Below, piece by piece: positions 1 through 9,195 of a stretch of DNA of 64,000 nucleotides (within the stretch, counting starts at the first letter, position 1; the number at the start of each line of letters is the position of its first letter). The DNA lies in IMG/VR virus record IMGVR_UViG_2657245668_000002, positions 1 through 64,000 of that record; one strand, written 5' to 3'. This DNA comes from a virus. Lineage: Duplodnaviria > Caudoviricetes. The translations under genes were made by a program, and so were the position numbers. The notes under the pieces were generated by a model. It ran no database searches, was not told where the DNA came from, and was given only the letters and a program-made list of their open reading frames with translations.

Positions 1-483
1 TTATTCCACTAAACATAATTCCCGCTCTACCTCGCGACGATTCTTTAACCCTTTCCACGACTGACCATCAGCATATATCCAGCGGCGTAACTCATCGCAA
101 GCGCCTTTGATGTCGCCAGTATTGAGCTTTTTAAGCAGCGTAGATTGGATAAAAGCATGCTGCCCGACGTTATAGGTGAACGAGTACAGAGCCGCTTTCT
201 GGTATTGGCTTAGTGGGATTTTCACAGCTGCATCAACAATGCGTTGTACCGGCGTCAGATCTTGTTGCAATAAAGCATCGCATTCCGCATCAGAATATTT
301 TTTACTGGGGATGATATCTTTACCGGTGTGGCCATCGCATACAGTGAGGACATTGACGACATCGTAGTAAGCCACATACTTGCGGCCCTCTAATCCATCT
401 TCACCACCTAGTAATACACCAGCAATAGCCAGTGCTCCGAAAGCAGAAACACCCATTAACTTACTGCGAAGAGTTGGAGACAT
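1..483 (-). CDS. Phage endolysin (GH24 lysozyme, SAR-type)
   Basis: EG..x.Y.D..TVC.GHT catalytic motif; Gly/Ala-rich N-terminal hydrophobic segment; C-terminal GL..RR..E. Confidence 0.93.
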   Translation of the reverse strand: MSPTLRSKLMGVSAFGALAIAGVLLGGEDGLEGRKYVAYYDVVNVLTVCDGHTGKDIIPSKKYSDAECDALLQQDLTPVQRIVDAAVKIPLSQYQKAALYSFTYNVGQHAFIQSTLLKKLNTGDIKGACDELRRWIYADGQSWKGLKNRREVERELCLVE

Positions 484-484
484 T

Positions 485-661
485 TTATTTCTTCCGTAAT
501 TGAAATTCTTTTCGCTTATAGTGCCAATTCACAATAAAGGTTCCCGTCGTGCAGACAATACCGACTACCATGGCCCATTCGTTTAGAGATAAGGCACCAA
601 TCGTTGTTGTTAACCCGCCGAACCACAAGGATATCGCGCTGGAATATTTATCCATCTTCAT
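485..661 (-). CDS. Class II holin/pinholin with dual-start motif (58 aa, not in ORF track)
   Basis: Manual translation MKMDKYSSAISLWFGGLTTTIGALSLNEWAMVVGIVCTTGTFIVNWHYKRKEFQLRKK; SD GGGGAG; directly upstream of the endolysin; M-K-M dual start; basic C-terminus. Confidence 0.88.
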   Translation of the reverse strand: MKMDKYSSAISLWFGGLTTTIGALSLNEWAMVVGIVCTTGTFIVNWHYKRKEFQLRKK

Positions 662-887
662 TGTCTCCCCCTGCCAGTTGGCCTGGGCATATATTTGCTG
701 CTTTTGGAAAATAGCTCGCCGCCGTGCCCCATCCAGACGCAGAGATTATTTGAGGATAATTGATGCTGGCGATGAACTATAAAAAACCACACAAATAGCG
801 AGGCCTAATAATTTAAATTATTATGTAAAAATACCGTCTCTTTCGGTGATAATAAGCCAACAACATAGACAAAAGGAAAATTGCTCG

Positions 888-1064
888 ATGAATACCGGTT
901 TTATTCTGCTCTGTATTTATGTAGTTGGCGTTATTATTTCTACTTTCATTATTTTCCCGCTGACACGTGACCAGAGCTTAGTAGTAAGGTGCTTATCATC
1001 ACTTTTAATTGGTATAACCTGGCCCTTAAGCCTGCCCGTTGCCCTGCTGCTCTCAATGTTCTAA
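888..1064 (+). CDS. GhoT/OrtT-family small membrane toxin (58 aa from ATG 888)
   Basis: C-terminus LLIGITWPLSLPVALLLSMF closely matches the GhoT/OrtT signature (GITWPxSLPVALL); two TM segments; AGGA SD upstream. Confidence 0.85.
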   Translation: MNTGFILLCIYVVGVIISTFIIFPLTRDQSLVVRCLSSLLIGITWPLSLPVALLLSMF

Positions 1065-1126
1065 TTAATACGCGTTAGGAGCTTAGCCCAAAAGTATCGG
1101 GCCTCATCAATGCTTGGGATAAAATG

Positions 1127-1152
1127 AAAAAACCCCGCCTGAGCGAGGTTTC
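1127..1152 (-). terminator. Candidate tR'-like intrinsic terminator downstream of Q
   Basis: aaaaaaccccgc-ctga-gcgaggtt hairpin with U-tract on the minus strand. Confidence 0.6.
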
Positions 1153-1239
1153 TTTGACTGTATGAGTGCAACTGCACAACCAACTGTTATCAGACTAATG
1201 CACTTTTTGCGGCCGCACCAACACTTTTATCATAAAAAA

Positions 1240-1659
1240 TTAATTTTGTATTTCGGCGTCCATCTCAAGGCGAATATCCATCATGGCAAGGCAACCATCA
1301 ACAAAGCCCTCAGCCATTTGTAGATTTATTCTTATTGCTCTTTCGTCTTTCTTTTGTTGCCTTGCAATAGCACGTTTAGATTGATTATAGACATAATGCC
1401 GAATGACCAATTCCCACTCGTCATACCGATGACGTTTTAAACGAGAAACACATCCATCAACGGCTAATCCATCATCATCACAACATGAAGGTCGTGATGA
1501 GGTGGTGTACGGGAGTAAACCTTTAAACCCTGCGGCAATAGAGGAATAGTCAATACCTGAATTATCTTTAGCCCATACACCCCAGCGTTCAAGAACAAGT
1601 TGAATATTACGCCTTGGTTTTTTCTGCCCTGAAGGCAAGTTTTTCGATATTCGCATCAT
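1240..1659 (-). CDS. Q: Antitermination protein Q
   Basis: RNIQLVLERWGVWA...IAAGFKGLLP...CDDDGL...AEGFVDGCL signature; located upstream of the lysis cassette. Confidence 0.92.
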   Translation of the reverse strand: MMRISKNLPSGQKKPRRNIQLVLERWGVWAKDNSGIDYSSIAAGFKGLLPYTTSSRPSCCDDDGLAVDGCVSRLKRHRYDEWELVIRHYVYNQSKRAIARQQKKDERAIRINLQMAEGFVDGCLAMMDIRLEMDAEIQN

Positions 1660-1737
1660 AACTCTTCTTCCTTCCGTGAAATATACTGTGTGTGCATAAC
1701 GCCCCGTCCTAATTAGGGTCGATGGTGGCGCTATTAA

Positions 1738-2010
1738 TTAAATGGGGGAGTTTATGGAAAATATGGCATTTCCAGGCCCCTGCCCATTTGGAGGTTTAAT
1801 TGCACAGCGCGGCAATACATCACAGTATTTGAGGCAAGTTATAGGGGCTGCGTGCTTATCTGCCCACAAGCCGCTATGACGAATATATTTTGTTAAATAG
1901 TTGACGTAGCTGCATCTCAACTTGATTTTATAATGCAGATACTCCCTGACTTCGAGCATGGCCGGTGTCAGTATGTTATTGTCAGATTTGATAAATGATA
2001 GTTGTGTCAT
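1738..2010 (-). pseudogene. Truncated DUF1367-like (nin region) phage gene
   Basis: N-terminus MTQLSFIKSDNNILTPA..E..EYL..KIKL resembles the DUF1367 start; the remainder does not look like that family. Confidence 0.45.
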
Positions 2011-2083
2011 CTTGCCCCCTTGAGTGATGACACAACAACTGCTTAGGTTGTCAGTTGTTCAGGCCGACAGAGCTATTATTCCG

Positions 2084-2266
2084 TTAAACATCGGGCATTG
2101 AAATTGTATACCCGGCTATTTCTGCCAATTCGATTAATACCGGTAAGGTCGCGACAAACTGATTATCTCTTAAGTGTTCCACACTCACTATCTCACCATG
2201 TTCGCAACGGAGTAAAACTGTACCATCCGAAGGCAGAAGCTTAATCAAGTTTTCTATAGGAATCAT
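2084..2266 (-). CDS. Small phage hypothetical protein
   Basis: 60 aa ORF with AAGGA SD; nin-region position. Confidence 0.55.
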   Translation of the reverse strand: MIPIENLIKLLPSDGTVLLRCEHGEIVSVEHLRDNQFVATLPVLIELAEIAGYTISMPDV

Positions 2267-2409
2267 TAGGTAACATCCTTATATTATTAACCCCCTACAG
2301 GGGACCCGATTAAACTCGATTTCCCTTCTAACTAAATTAATTAAAACCACATATTAGAAATAGCTGACATAACCCCATGAAAGAGGAAATATCAGCTGCT
2401 CTCATTTTA

Positions 2410-3054
2410 TTAAGTGTCTTTTTCCCAAGGGCATAGCTCGGTTAACGCGGTTTCCAGCGTGGAGATATCGTCAGAGCTGAGCAATGGGATCAGCTTTTCA
2501 ATTTCATCATCTGGTCGTTTATAAATCCGTAGATTTACGATCCTCGTAATGACATCTTCAGAGAAACGGTATTTTATGACCCGAGCCGGGTTGCCACCGA
2601 CGACGGCATACGCAGGAATATCTTTTGTGACAATACTCCCCGCAGCAATAACAGCGCCCTCTCCGACCGTAATACCAGGCATAACCATACAGCGCATTCC
2701 AAGCCAGCAGCCATCATTCAGTACGGTATTTCCTCTGGGCTGATAAGATTTTTTCACCATACTCATAAAGGGATAAAGGCTAATAAAATCAATGGAGTGA
2801 TTATGATTCCCGCCCATTAATATTACAGCTTCCGCACCAATACAGACATAATCACCAATAATAAGTTGGTCAATATGCCCAAGCGGCTCCCATTGCTGGC
2901 TAACGTTGTCGCCGTGGAGATAACGAACAACCGAGAGTTCAAACCCATCATCCCAACAGTCACTGTAGTAACTATGTTGGCCTCTGATCAAAATATTCGG
3001 GTTCTTGACGGAAAGATGCAGATACTCGACTTGTGACCAGTGTTTATTTTTCAT
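2410..3054 (-). CDS. CatB/Vat-related xenobiotic O-acetyltransferase (hexapeptide-repeat LbH family)
   Basis: LIIGDYVCIGAEAVILMGGNHNH, SLYPF, GITVGEGAVIAAGSIVTKDIPAYAVVGGNPARVIKYRF hexapeptide repeats. Substrate cannot be determined from sequence. Confidence 0.9.
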   Translation of the reverse strand: MKNKHWSQVEYLHLSVKNPNILIRGQHSYYSDCWDDGFELSVVRYLHGDNVSQQWEPLGHIDQLIIGDYVCIGAEAVILMGGNHNHSIDFISLYPFMSMVKKSYQPRGNTVLNDGCWLGMRCMVMPGITVGEGAVIAAGSIVTKDIPAYAVVGGNPARVIKYRFSEDVITRIVNLRIYKRPDDEIEKLIPLLSSDDISTLETALTELCPWEKDT

Positions 3055-3111
3055 GACTTTTTCCTTTTCGATAAAAGAAAGCCACGGAACGTGTTGATTT
3101 CGTGGCAGTGA

Positions 3112-3189
3112 TTATACGTTCAGATAACCACTGCTTTTAGCTATTCGAGGATGGAACATCAGCGGACAACGGAAATAATTTATATTCAT
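3112..3189 (-). promoter_or_regulatory. Leader peptide (MNINYFRCPLMFHPRIAKSSGYLNV) and attenuator of the acetyltransferase
   Basis: SD AGGTGG before ATG 3189. The stop lies inside hairpin GCAGTGGTTAT/ATAATCACTGC, which overlaps a terminator-like GCCACG..CGTGGC+TTTCTTTT hairpin (3073-3106). Confidence 0.65.
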
Positions 3190-3377
3190 AAAAACCACCT
3201 TTTAGCTTATTTTAAGTAGATTTTCTCATATGTTCAATTGTGATTTTTTATAACTAACCTTTTAACACTAGAGTTGCCTACCGCTACGTAATGGGTATTT
3301 TTGATCCCAGCCCAGTTTGGGCTGAAGATGGGCATTTTTGTCTGGGTAGCTTCAACCTCCACGTTAAACAGCAACCA

Positions 3378-3448
3378 GATTAAATCATAGGGTTATATCA
3401 AAATACAACTAAAGAGTTATTTATATAATTAAACCTTTGGTTTATAAT
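3378..3448. promoter_or_regulatory. OR-like region: leftward pR, rightward pRM, operators
   Basis: Minus strand TTGTAT-18-TTTAAT promoter; 21-bp ATATAACCCTATGATTTAATC identical to the pL copy; palindrome TAAACCtttGGTTTA at 3430-3444; TATAAT at 3443-3448, 6 nt before repressor ATG 3455. Confidence 0.65.
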
Positions 3449-3454
3449 CTTGAT

Positions 3455-3874
3455 ATGAAAGAAGAAAAAAGCTCACTGGAACCGCCTATTGCGGCTCGAC
3501 TTTATCACTTAATGAATAAAACCGGCGTGAATAAGTCGGGGCTTGCTCGTATCTGCGGAATAACTCCTCAAGCCGCTGGTCGCTGGTTCACGAAAGGAAA
3601 GATAAGCAAAGATTCGGCATTAAAATTATCTGAAGCCTTTGGTGTTTCCCTTTCCTGGTTGCTAAGTGATGAAACGGATAACCCAGAGCTCCCCACCGTC
3701 TCAGAAGTCGTTTTAAGTGAAAGACAAAGGGAATTGCTGAATTTGTTTGACCGACTACCTGAAAGTGATAAAGACAATTATATTGAAGCACTTAGGACCA
3801 AAGTTGAGAACTACGACAAGTTATTCAATGAGCTATTGAAATCCAGAAATATCAAAGAATTATCCTTAAAGTAG
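3455..3874 (+). CDS. Phage CI-like repressor (XRE HTH, no S24 peptidase domain)
   Basis: HTH KSGLARICGITPQAAGRWF...LSEAFGVSLSWLL with a short helical C-terminus; likely start ATG 3455 rather than TTG 3437. Confidence 0.85.
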   Translation: MKEEKSSLEPPIAARLYHLMNKTGVNKSGLARICGITPQAAGRWFTKGKISKDSALKLSEAFGVSLSWLLSDETDNPELPTVSEVVLSERQRELLNLFDRLPESDKDNYIEALRTKVENYDKLFNELLKSRNIKELSLK

Positions 3875-3902
3875 AAACAATAGACAAAATAAATCACCAA
3901 TG

Positions 3903-3925
3903 AAACCAGCTCTTGCTGGTTTTTT
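3903..3925 (+). terminator. Intrinsic terminator after repressor
   Basis: aaaccagc-tctt-gctggtttttt. Confidence 0.8.
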
Positions 3926-3941
3926 CGTCTAAATTTCAAAA

Positions 3942-4009
3942 TATTAACCCTATGATTGATAATGAAGTAAAACTAATGATTGATATCAATATAACCCTAT
4001 GATTTAATC
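3942..4009 (+). promoter_or_regulatory. OL-like operators and pL promoter
   Basis: TTGATA(3980)-17-TTTAAT(4003); three related boxes AACCCTATGATT / AAACTAATGATT / AACCCTATGATT. Confidence 0.7.
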
Positions 4010-4188
4010 CACTCATCAACGGCACAGCAGCCGCTTAGGTGAGCAAGTTCTGACAATCTGAAAGCAGATAAATCGTGAGTAAAGCATAATTTTTGGAATA
4101 AGAATGGAATATAAAAAGATAGACTAAATAACAACTCCATCAATATAATCAACCCACTCATACACCAATTTATATAAGGAGGATTGCC

Positions 4189-4272
4189 ATGTTGACCCGT
4201 GAAATGTTTTTAGTTTCGCTCGTCCTTAGCGATCGTCATTGCTCAAGCATTACTGGTATCGTGCTGCGATAA
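4189..4272 (+). promoter_or_regulatory. Leader peptide (MLTREMFLVSLVLSDRHCSSITGIVLR) and structured leader of ABC-F
   Basis: Perfect SD TAAGGAGG; hairpin GCTCAAGCA/TGCTTGAGC spans the stop; further hairpins TATCGTCA/TGACGATA and AGGCAT/ATGCCT before the ABC-F ATG. Confidence 0.65.
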
Positions 4273-4384
4273 CCTGCTTGAGCGAAGCTAACTAAACAAT
4301 CTGAGAACTTCCCTCCGGCTTACCGGTTATCGTCAGTAATTTTTGACGATAGGCATTTTTATGCCTGAAATCTGGATAAGCATC

Positions 4385-6124
4385 ATGAGTACATTACTTT
4401 CTGCGCAATCTGTCAGCTACGACAACACCTTCGGTCCGTTACTGGCTGAGATTTCTTTTAGCCTGAAAAAAGGCGACCGCATCGGCCTGATTGGGCATAA
4501 CGGCTGTGGCAAAAGTACCCTTCTGAATATCCTCAGCGGTGCACTATCTATGACCTCTGGCACCATCACAACAGCAAATCAATGCTTGATGGCCACGGTA
4601 GAACAGCATCTGCCCTGCGCATTAAACGAAGCTACGTTGATAGATGCGGTGCTCAATCATCTGCCGGGCAGCCTGCACCAACCGGAACGCTGGCAAGCCG
4701 AAGTCCTACTCGCCACACTGGGTTTTGAGGAAAACGTATGGTCACTGACTGCCGCAACTCTGAGCGGCGGGCAACATACGCGCCTGCTGCTAGCGCGAGC
4801 TTTGATCCGCCAGCCGGATTTACTGCTGCTGGATGAGCCCAGTAACCACCTGGATTTACCAACTCTGCTATGGCTTGAACAGTTTCTACAAAATTGGGGA
4901 GGCAGCTTTGTACTGGTATCGCACGACCGCAGCCTGCTCGACCGCGTGACCAACTGCACCTGGATCTTGCGCGATAAAACCCTGCAATTTATTCGTCTAC
5001 CCTGCTCACAAGCCAGGCTGGCGTTAGAAGAAAAGGATAGCGCCGATGCTCATCGCCATCATGCAGAACAAAAGGAGATCGACCGCGTAGCGAAAAGTGC
5101 CAAACGGTTGGCTATCTGGGGCAGCGTGTATGACAACGAAAAGCTGGCTCGTAAAGCCAAGCAGATGGAGAAACAAGTTGATCGAATGAAGGAAGATCAA
5201 ACTCTATTAACGGCCGGCAATCAATGGCAATTGCGGCTCAATGGTGAAGCATTGCCTGCTGATCGTGTGCTGGCACTATCTGATTTGCAGGTGCGTCCTG
5301 CGCCGGATGCACCTGTTTTATTCGAACTGGATGAAGTTAGAGTAAAAAGTGGCGATCGCATCGCGCTAGTTGGCCGCAATGGCTGCGGTAAGTCATCGTT
5401 ATTACATAGCTTATGGCAGGAATTTAACCAGCCAGAAACCTCCGATGCGGGTATAGTTTTTCATCCAAAAGTCCGTATGGGATATTACGATCAAAGCCTA
5501 CATCAATTACACGATGACGATTCAATCAGCGACGCGCTGACGCCTTTTGCACCATTGACGGAAGACCAGCGAAAAATGGCGCTGATTGGTGCGGGCTTCC
5601 CTTACCTGCGGCATCAACAAAAGGTAAGTACCCTAAGCGGTGGTGAACGTTCACGGCTGCTGTTTATCGGCTTAACACTGGCAAACTATTCGTTACTGCT
5701 ACTGGATGAGCCGACCAACCACCTCGATATAGAAGGTAAAGAGGAACTGGCGGAAACACTAAAAACGTTCAAAGGTGCAGTATTATTGGTGTCACATGAC
5801 CGCATGCTAATTGAGCAAAGTTGTAATCGCTTCTGGTTGATCCACCAACAACGGCTCGAAGAGTGGCACGACCTGGCTCCGGTTTACAACATTCTGGCCG
5901 ATAAACCAGTAATAGCGCCGAGTTCAAGTTCAGCCATTGCTACAGCTGCTATTACCACCCTCATGAAAAGTGAGGAAGATTATTTGCTGACAGCCTTGCT
6001 GGATCTGGAGGCCAAACTGGCCGAGGATTTGGCGCGGAAACCTAAACACCAAAAAATCACATTACAACGTGAGTGGCAGCAACAAATCGACGAGCTTAAT
6101 AGTCTGCTAGGTTTAAGAGAGTGA
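4385..6124 (+). CDS. ABC-F family ATPase (ribosome-associated; possible ribosome protection)
   Basis: Two ABC domains (GHNGCGKS, LSGGQ, LLLDEPSNHLD, VSHDR; GRNGCGKS, LSGGE, LLLDEPTNHLD), helical linker, no TM segments; likely start MSTLL at 4385. Confidence 0.92.
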   Translation: MSTLLSAQSVSYDNTFGPLLAEISFSLKKGDRIGLIGHNGCGKSTLLNILSGALSMTSGTITTANQCLMATVEQHLPCALNEATLIDAVLNHLPGSLHQPERWQAEVLLATLGFEENVWSLTAATLSGGQHTRLLLARALIRQPDLLLLDEPSNHLDLPTLLWLEQFLQNWGGSFVLVSHDRSLLDRVTNCTWILRDKTLQFIRLPCSQARLALEEKDSADAHRHHAEQKEIDRVAKSAKRLAIWGSVYDNEKLARKAKQMEKQVDRMKEDQTLLTAGNQWQLRLNGEALPADRVLALSDLQVRPAPDAPVLFELDEVRVKSGDRIALVGRNGCGKSSLLHSLWQEFNQPETSDAGIVFHPKVRMGYYDQSLHQLHDDDSISDALTPFAPLTEDQRKMALIGAGFPYLRHQQKVSTLSGGERSRLLFIGLTLANYSLLLLDEPTNHLDIEGKEELAETLKTFKGAVLLVSHDRMLIEQSCNRFWLIHQQRLEEWHDLAPVYNILADKPVIAPSSSSAIATAAITTLMKSEEDYLLTALLDLEAKLAEDLARKPKHQKITLQREWQQQIDELNSLLGLRE

Positions 6125-6178
6125 GGACTAACGGATTCAAAAGTTTTTAACTCAAATATCCGCTGGGTGTATGACCAA

Positions 6179-6207
6179 TAAGCCTCATCAGTTTCTGATG
6201 GGGCTTA
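6179..6207 (+). terminator. Hairpin terminator after ABC-F
   Basis: taagcctcatcag-ttt-ctgatggggctta. Confidence 0.7.
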
Positions 6208-6585
6208 TTCCATGCTTTCAGGTTGCTGGCTCCCACAAAAATCAGTACCAGTAAACATAAATCGCCAACTAGACAGTATAACTCTCGCCATAATTTCAAA
6301 CTATTTTCAGAGCCTCGCTCGCTATAATCCTAGGGTATTACCTGTGACAACATTCACCGTTATCTATCTGGATTCCCATAGAAATGAGTGGGTAAAAATT
6401 TCGCCGGTTGAACCTGGCTAAAATAATCAATGTAGAAACCATGGCCGGACATCGATTATTTATTTTTTTATCAGAGATAAGAAAAATATTTACTCCACGA
6501 AAAGGCTAAATACAGAGCTTTCTTGTAGAAAATCTATTGAGCAATAGATATACAGTGGTACTGCTTTAGTTAACACCATAAGGAA

Positions 6586-6981
6586 ATGGATGCTAGGGAA
6601 AAAGACAAACTGGAAAAAATGGTATTTTCCGGCGATATTGTCATGCTTAGCGACATTCATGGCCCTGCCAAGCTATTTTATATTGGTGAAAACGGTAAGC
6701 TTATTTGCACCGATCCACTTAGTTTTCATTTTGATGGTGCGAAAAAGATTATCGCTGAATTTAATAGCTCGGTGAGTAGAAAGGATTATAGTCACTCTGA
6801 AGGAAAACCACGACCAACACAGGTTCAGCGTTTGGTACGTGCTTCTGTACCTGATTTGCCAGCACAGCAAGCCTTCCGTACTATTAACACCAAGGCTGCG
6901 GAGCGACTGCTGGCTGCCGGAGGCGTTTACAACGGAAATGTTGAAGGTTATACGAAAACAGCCCAAGATTTAGGCGGTTAA
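6586..6981 (+). pseudogene. N-terminal fragment of a polymorphic (T6SS-type) effector
   Basis: Ends abruptly after ..RLLAAGGVYNGN..AQDLGG; followed out of frame by a toxin domain. Confidence 0.45.
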
Positions 6982-6997
6982 GCAAGCTAAAGCAAAA

Positions 6998-7285
6998 GTG
7001 TTAGCTGACGGTACTAGAGAAACGTTCCCTAATGGAAATATGGCGGATGCTCATGCCGAAATAGGTGCTCTTCAACAAGCACATGAAGCTGGGGTCTCGA
7101 AGGGAGCCGATATAAACATGGTTGTGAGCGGTAAAGATGTCTGTGGTTACTGTAGAGGCGATATTGCTGCAGCCGCAAATGCCGCTGAAGTAAACTCGCT
7201 CACTATACATGCTGTCGATAAATATGGTGACCCAGTAAAATACACATGGGAAACAGGAATGAGATCTATCAAGGTGGCTAAATGA
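6998..7285 (+). pseudogene. C-terminal nucleic-acid deaminase toxin domain fragment
   Basis: HAE...CGYC zinc-deaminase motif; GTG start without clear SD; stop overlaps next ATG (ATGA). Confidence 0.75.
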
Positions 7286-7692
7286 ATAAAGATATGGTGT
7301 TAGGCGGTTATTTCTTTAGCCCTTCTGGTGATAGGGAACAGTTAAAACCTTTAAAGAACCCTTCTGAGGATGACTTACTCCAAGTCCTTGAACTTTTCCG
7401 TGATAACGTTGGTGTGTTGGGTATGAAAAATAACGCTTGTGACGATATCGATCCTGAAGAGTTATCTTTATACACTGAATCTGGACGCTATATGTTGTTG
7501 CTAGGTGAAAATGATTGTGATGGTGAATATAACGTCAGGACGTTGCACAACCTAAACTCACCAGGTGGCTTGCAGCTTATGCACGGTGAACCTTATGGAG
7601 CATCAACTATAGTTGATGATTTTGATCCGGTGATCACTGCTTTTCGAGAGTATCTAGCTACTGGTAATGTATCGACAGACCTCCTTTATTAA
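7282..7692 (+). CDS. Probable cognate immunity protein
   Basis: Acidic 136 aa protein translationally coupled to the deaminase toxin ORF. Confidence 0.7.
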   Translation: MNKDMVLGGYFFSPSGDREQLKPLKNPSEDDLLQVLELFRDNVGVLGMKNNACDDIDPEELSLYTESGRYMLLLGENDCDGEYNVRTLHNLNSPGGLQLMHGEPYGASTIVDDFDPVITAFREYLATGNVSTDLLY

Positions 7693-7984
7693 TATTGCTT
7701 AAGTCATCAAAATGGCGATCCAACCCAGCACCATTGCTAGGTTTTTGTGCTTGATCCCGACATCGTAATTACTCCAATAACGCGTCAAAACTCATGCTTT
7801 ATTAACGCGTCAAGGATATCCGAATTGGTAGTTTTGAGATTTATTAACGCCAATAAATTTGATGAAAACATCATGCTGCAGATGATTATATTTTTTGAGA
7901 TAACTTAGATAATTAATTGACAAGCCATATAACCTTATATTTAACAAAGTATTATTTATTCAAATTATGGGGATATAACAACAT

Positions 7985-8430
7985 TCATAAGAAAACCGCA
8001 TTATTAGACAAGAGATAAAAAACATTGACACCCTCATGAAATATCCGTTGACCAATCAGCTCTGTCTTTAGAGCTACCATGGTTTTTATAACACCGAAAC
8101 TTTCCCCTACGGCGTGGAGTTCTGTATTCATTCCCTCTTCGGGAAAATTCTCAATTAAGATATCCTCGCCACTTTTATTTTGAAATCTCTCGCTCATAAA
8201 ATATTCATATCAATAGCATTCCCTTCGGCATGTCTGATTCTTAATGATGGCGCTACGTTAAGCCCTCTCATACCGTACACTTTTACCATATTCTGTGTAG
8301 CTTTAATGCTTTTCGCAGTGTCCATACTGCCATCGATCTTTTAATGCGCCCATTGGATGCAAACACCCGTTTCAACCCGTACATATTCAGGCTTGGCAAG
8401 GTTTTTTGATATTTTACAAGACCAATGCAT
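7985..8430 (-). pseudogene. Degraded M15-like peptidoglycan peptidase
   Basis: Manual translation through stops: HWSCKI..IQWAH*..MVKVYGMRGLNVAPSLRIRHAEGNAIDMNI, then GMNTELHAVGESFGVIK; H..G.AID motif. Confidence 0.45.
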
Positions 8431-8568
8431 CAAATAAACCCTCTCTGGGGGATTAATGTTGCAAATATAATTACTGCCGCGCAAATCTTATTAATTTAGA
8501 TATAAAATTATCAATGCTTATTTTAAATGACGGACTTAATAATGAATTCCCTTTATAAGTATTATTAT

Positions 8569-9195
8569 CTATATACCAATGATAATACTCAACGTCATTG
8601 AACCATCTATTTTAACATTCTCTGTAATGGGGCCTTTCATATCAGCAACACTGCCAAGTCTCGGCATGACTTCAATATCAGCACTGAATACTTTTCCTGG
8701 TGCTTTTGTTGCATTAGCATGGACCCAGCTCAGCCCATTCAGTGGCCCAATGCTTAATGATAAAATAGCCGCAGCGGCTTCTTCCTGTTTACGGAAATAT
8801 TTTGCAGTACCATCAACCTTTGCATTTGAAAAATAAACGCCGTAATCACCTATTTTTCCGGCGCCATTAACAAAACCTAATCCATAGCGACCTCCGGACG
8901 TGCTACTGCCAGCACGGTTATCGCTACCGGTCACGCTAACGTAGGTTTCAGCATCACAAATTACTGACCAGTTTTTGGTTATTGAAGGCAATACGGTGAG
9001 TGCCGAAGGTTTAACAGTATGCCCTGCAATTTCACCGACGTTATAGACTCCGCCGTCTGGAGCCATGATAATACAACCAGGGGGGCTCACCTGACCTTTG
9101 ACTGTTAATTCTGCTGTTGGTGCTTTTGCGTTTGCTGCATTGAAGCCAAAAATCTAATAAGACAGTGCTGTTAGTGCTATCAGTTGCTTTTTCAT
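8569..9195 (-). pseudogene. DUF1120/GltF-like exported beta-protein with nonsense codon in signal peptide
   Basis: ATG 9195 MKKQLIALTALSY*IFGFNAANAKAPTAELTVKGQVSPPGC..; in-frame TAG at 9154-9156; C-terminal DGSMTLSI. Confidence 0.7.

Noticed and set aside
2410-3054. Naming the acetyltransferase vatF or a specific catB allele
   Set aside because: The family is clear but the allele and substrate cannot be assigned by eye.
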